64,000 nt of DNA from an uncultured bacterium. GTDB lineage: Bacteria > Verrucomicrobiota > Verrucomicrobiia > Limisphaerales > UBA8199. A program made the position numbers and the translations under genes. The stretch lies in contig CAVVMW010000023.1 of the NCBI GenBank assembly GCA_963749495.1, positions 608,001 to 672,000 of the forward strand. The letters run 5' to 3'. The notes beneath the pieces are model-generated. The model had not been told where the DNA came from. It did not search any database and saw only the letters and a program-made list of their open reading frames with translations. Below, in pieces: positions 60,819 through 64,000 of this stretch; the stretch's first letter is position 1, and each line of letters begins with the position of its first letter.

Positions 60819-62096
60819 TTACTCGATCTTGTCGGTGGAAGCGCGCCTTTGAACCTGGAAAGGGCGTTGAACAGGAGCAGAGCGCTGGGGGCGGAACTTG
60901 AGCAGCATTCGGCGGAGGATGCGGACGGGAGGCAGGAATCGCCACGGCTGAGAAGCCTGGAGCATCGGTTTGACTTTGCAGCGGTTCGGCCAATTGGGGC
61001 TTCTGCTCGGCGCGGCGGAGATGGCGTCGAGCCAGCGCTCGGTCATGGCCGGCAGTGAGAACTGGATGCGCACCCTTTCCCTGGCATTGTGGCGCAGATG
61101 TTGCAGCTGATCGCGGTGCTGGTGGAGCCAGACGATGGCTTCGGAGTAGCCCTCGAGGCGTTTGGGATCCACGCGTTTGCCCGTCGTTTCATTGACCACC
61201 TCCCGGATGCCGCTGGGCAGGTTGCTGACCACCGGGACCAGCCTGGCGGCCATGGCCTCGAGGAGACTGAGCGGCAGGCCCTCGTAATCCGATGCCAGCA
61301 AGAAGACGTCCTGTTGAGACAGCAGCCGGGGCACGTCGCCATAGAGTACCTTTCCCGGAAACGAAACGGTCTGCGTGGGGGGTGTGCTTCGCATCGCCTC
61401 TTGCAGAAAATGACCTTCGACCCCTTCCCCCGCAACGGTCCAGTGAAAAGGGATTCCCGAGGCCATGAGCTTTTCGAGGATATGGGGAAACAGGCGCACG
61501 CGTTTTTGTTCCTGTTGCAAGCGGCCGAGGTAAAGGATCCTGAGCGGCGCGTCCGGCTGGGAGGGGTAAGCTGGCGAGGACTCGGGAATCGGTATGCCGT
61601 AAGGGAGATAGTGGATTGGGACGCCCGCAAACTCCGGGATGGACGCGATGGTTTGCTGGATGGTTCGAGACACCGCCCCCATGGCGTTGACGTGTGAGGC
61701 GTAGGCGCTGATGGTTCTGTAGACGCCGGGATCATGAGATTGGGCCATGCCGATCCGAACCACACCGGGGGGGACGTAGCGCAACACCTCAAACGCTGCG
61801 GCGGAGAGGCTAGCGACCACCACGGTCGGCTCGAACCGGGCCAGTTCGTCCAGGATGCGCAGCAGCCGGTCCTCGTAAATCTGACGCCGGTGATCGGTTG
61901 TGAAGACGGGGATTTTCAGCCGGTCGAAGTCGGCCGCCAGGGGATTATCCTGCTCGAAACCGAAAACCCCGGCCGCAATTCCCCGCCGGATCAATTCCCC
62001 GGCCAGGTTGCAGAGGAAGGTTGTCGTGCCCCCCAGATCCAGGACGCCGGTAACCAGCGCCAGACGAGTTTGGGGCTTGAGGCGGTCTTCGGTCAT
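60819..62096 (-). CDS. Glycosyltransferase family 4 (GT-B)
   Basis: LDLGG, ILYLGRL, DVFLLASDYEGLPLSLLEAMA. Confidence 0.93.
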   Translation of the reverse strand: MTEDRLKPQTRLALVTGVLDLGGTTTFLCNLAGELIRRGIAAGVFGFEQDNPLAADFDRLKIPVFTTDHRRQIYEDRLLRILDELARFEPTVVVASLSAAAFEVLRYVPPGVVRIGMAQSHDPGVYRTISAYASHVNAMGAVSRTIQQTIASIPEFAGVPIHYLPYGIPIPESSPAYPSQPDAPLRILYLGRLQQEQKRVRLFPHILEKLMASGIPFHWTVAGEGVEGHFLQEAMRSTPPTQTVSFPGKVLYGDVPRLLSQQDVFLLASDYEGLPLSLLEAMAARLVPVVSNLPSGIREVVNETTGKRVDPKRLEGYSEAIVWLHQHRDQLQHLRHNARERVRIQFSLPAMTERWLDAISAAPSRSPNWPNRCKVKPMLQASQPWRFLPPVRILRRMLLKFRPQRSAPVQRPFQVQRRASTDKIE

Positions 62097-62284
62097 GGCG
62101 CTTAGCTAGTCGAAAGCCGGGTCGAAGGCAAGCGCAGACTCCGGTTTTCTGTTTGCGTTGACCCGTTGCTTTGCTAGGTCGCGCACGATGGCGAGCGCAA
62201 GCGGACGGCAGGACCCTGTGGTTGAGCGAGAGGCGCCCGGCCCGTCGGTCTTGGTAGACGCCTGCCCGGGGGGATTGTCCTAGG

Positions 62285-63016
62285 ATGTCAAATCCTACTT
62301 CGAAAGCACCCGGAGTCCTCGTGCTGTGGATAGGATTCTGTGCTTTCTGTAACTGCGTCGGTTGGGGTTTGTCCGCTTTGCATTGTCTGGATAGGGCGGG
62401 TCACGCCGCGGCATTCGTGGCGGGCATCCACCGGGGTCAGACTGCCGGCCAGCGCGCGGTCATTAGCCAGCGCGGTTATGCCGCCACCCGCCTGGGGGTC
62501 GAGGCTCTGAGCGCCCAACTCCATCGCGAGGCCCTGGCCCGCGGCTTGGGCCAAGCCCAACTGGTCCTCATCATCGCCGATGGCGCCATCTGGATTTGGA
62601 ACCTGGCCAAAGACCGCTTCCCGGATGCCCGCCAGCAGTTGGATCTGTTCCACGCCGAGGAGCACCTCTGGGCCGTGGCTCACGACCTCTATGGCCGGGG
62701 CACTCCCGAAGCCCAGGCCTTGGTCGCCCCGCTGCTGCAACAAGTCCGCGACGATCAAACCGTGGCCGTCATTGCCAGCCTCACCGAACTCAAACCCCGC
62801 CTGCTCGAAGCTCAACAAAAGAAAATCCAGACCCAAATCGAATACTTTGAGCACAATGCCCCGCGGATGAAATACAAGGAAATACTCCAAGCCAGGCGGC
62901 GGCTGCCGCCGCCTCCCCTGATGAATGCGACGCGCCCCCTTCCTATTCCCCGCCTGCAAACCCTAATGATGGCCCGGCCGAAACCCAGGGCGGCGGCGCC
63001 CTTCGCAGCAACCTGA
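62285..63016 (+). pseudogene. Chimera: GT-C-like N-terminal fragment fused to an ISKra4/ISLre2-type transposase fragment
   Basis: LWIGFCAFCNCVGWGLSALHCLDRAG, then IADGAIWIWN...LDLFHAEEHLW...YFEHNAPRMKY; lacks the downstream GSG.VE segment. Confidence 0.75.
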
Positions 63017-63145
63017 ACGGTTAGGGCCGCTGAAAAACAAAAACGTCCGAGCCGAAGCAGGCCATACGGGATGGACCGCATTGGCCCAGCCTGCCGACAG
63101 CCCAATCACCATTGACGGCTTTCGCCGGGCTGCCTACGGTGGGGC

Positions 63146-64000
63146 ATGACGGCAGTTAGAATCTGGCTGTGGGTTTCAGTGCTCGCGAGTCTTGCGGGGT
63201 GGGGCTTGTCCGCCGCGGGGCAGTTGAATCGCTCCGGTTACGCGGTTGTAATCGTTGCTGCCGTTCTCGGATTCACCGGCACGTTCTCAGGGTGGTGGGG
63301 GCGCGGAGGCCCGCCCAGACGGAGTGCGCGGCCCGGGCGGAAGCCGGTAGCTCGCCGAGCGGCAATCCGCGCCGGCTGGCGGCGGTTGCGGCGGCGGTTC
63401 CGGCGGCCTTTGCCCTTCTGTTTTGCCGCCCTCGCCGCGCTCGTGCTGCTCGAGGGGGTGTTATACCCGCCGACGACCCATACCGCCTTCACGTATCGGA
63501 TTCCACGCGTACTGCACTGGCTGGCCGAAGGGCGGTGGCATTGGATTCACACGGTCAGTCCGCGTATGAACGACCGCGCCTGCGGGATCGAGTGGCTGAG
63601 CGCACCCTTGCTGCTCTTCACTAAATCGGACCGCACCTTGTTCTTGCTCAACTTCGTCCCGTTCCTGCTGCTGCCGGGCCTGATATTCAGCGTGTTCTCG
63701 CGGCTGGGCGTCAGGCCCCGGGTGGCGTGGCATTGGATGTGGCTGGTGCCGACGGGCTATACGTTTCTGCTCCAGGCGGGCAGCGCCGCCAACGATGCGT
63801 TTCCCACCGTGTATGCCCTGGCGGCGGTGGATTTTGGCTGCCGCGCCTGGGTTTCGCGCCGCCCGGGTGAACTCTGGCTTTCGCTGCTCTCGGCCGCGCT
63901 GATGACCGGCGCCAAGGCCAGCAACCTGCCGCTGCTATTACCGTGGGCGATCCTGGTGGCGGCCGGCGTGTGCGGTGGGTGCATGCCAGCGTCGCGTAAC
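63146..64000 (+). CDS. Polytopic membrane protein, GT-C-like glycosyltransferase (3' partial)
   Basis: Frame open to the window end: MTAVRIWLW...YRIPRVLHWLAEGRWHWIHT...LQAGSAANDAF...GAKASNLPLL. Confidence 0.75.
   Translation, partial: MTAVRIWLWVSVLASLAGWGLSAAGQLNRSGYAVVIVAAVLGFTGTFSGWWGRGGPPRRSARPGRKPVARRAAIRAGWRRLRRRFRRPLPFCFAALAALVLLEGVLYPPTTHTAFTYRIPRVLHWLAEGRWHWIHTVSPRMNDRACGIEWLSAPLLLFTKSDRTLFLLNFVPFLLLPGLIFSVFSRLGVRPRVAWHWMWLVPTGYTFLLQAGSAANDAFPTVYALAAVDFGCRAWVSRRPGELWLSLLSAALMTGAKASNLPLLLPWAILVAAGVCGGCMPASRN

Noticed and set aside
1..64000. rRNA, tRNA, prophage or integrase genes
   Set aside because: None recognised by eye; tRNAscan and Rfam searches were not run, so small RNAs are not excluded.

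Overview
GC-rich window, most likely from a Verrucomicrobia subdivision 3 (Pedosphaera/Limisphaera-like) genome; this is inferred from the gene families, not from a marker gene. (1) 1-6.2 kb is a lower-GC, decaying defence-like island: methyltransferase/Mrr-like nuclease fusion, TIR-like protein, an ISL3 element with an 8-bp target duplication splitting a hydrolase gene, and type IIG R-M, EEP and GxxExxY remnants. (2) 6.3-18.5 kb holds three prepilin/DUF1559 genes, a RAYT-type Y1 transposase with a nested MITE, a Ser/Thr kinase-WD40 gene and an ECF sigma factor, an NHL-repeat protein, hicBA and a duplicated ECF-type promoter. (3) 18.6-57.8 kb is a co-oriented minus-strand run: exosortase, EpsI-like, priming glycosyltransferase, UDP-GlcA decarboxylase, a PilM(N)/Amuc_1100-like/Amuc_1099-like/secretin operon, then about 26 kb of large exported proteins. 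(4) 57.8-64 kb holds glycan-modification genes flanked by inverted copies of a GT-C-like gene. Best candidate for an undescribed system: the secretin operon with linked cargo proteins that share two conserved C-terminal domains and a strong Thr-Asn dipeptide bias. Several single-base frameshifts look like sequencing errors, so split ORFs were joined by hand. All assignments are by motif recognition; no searches were run.
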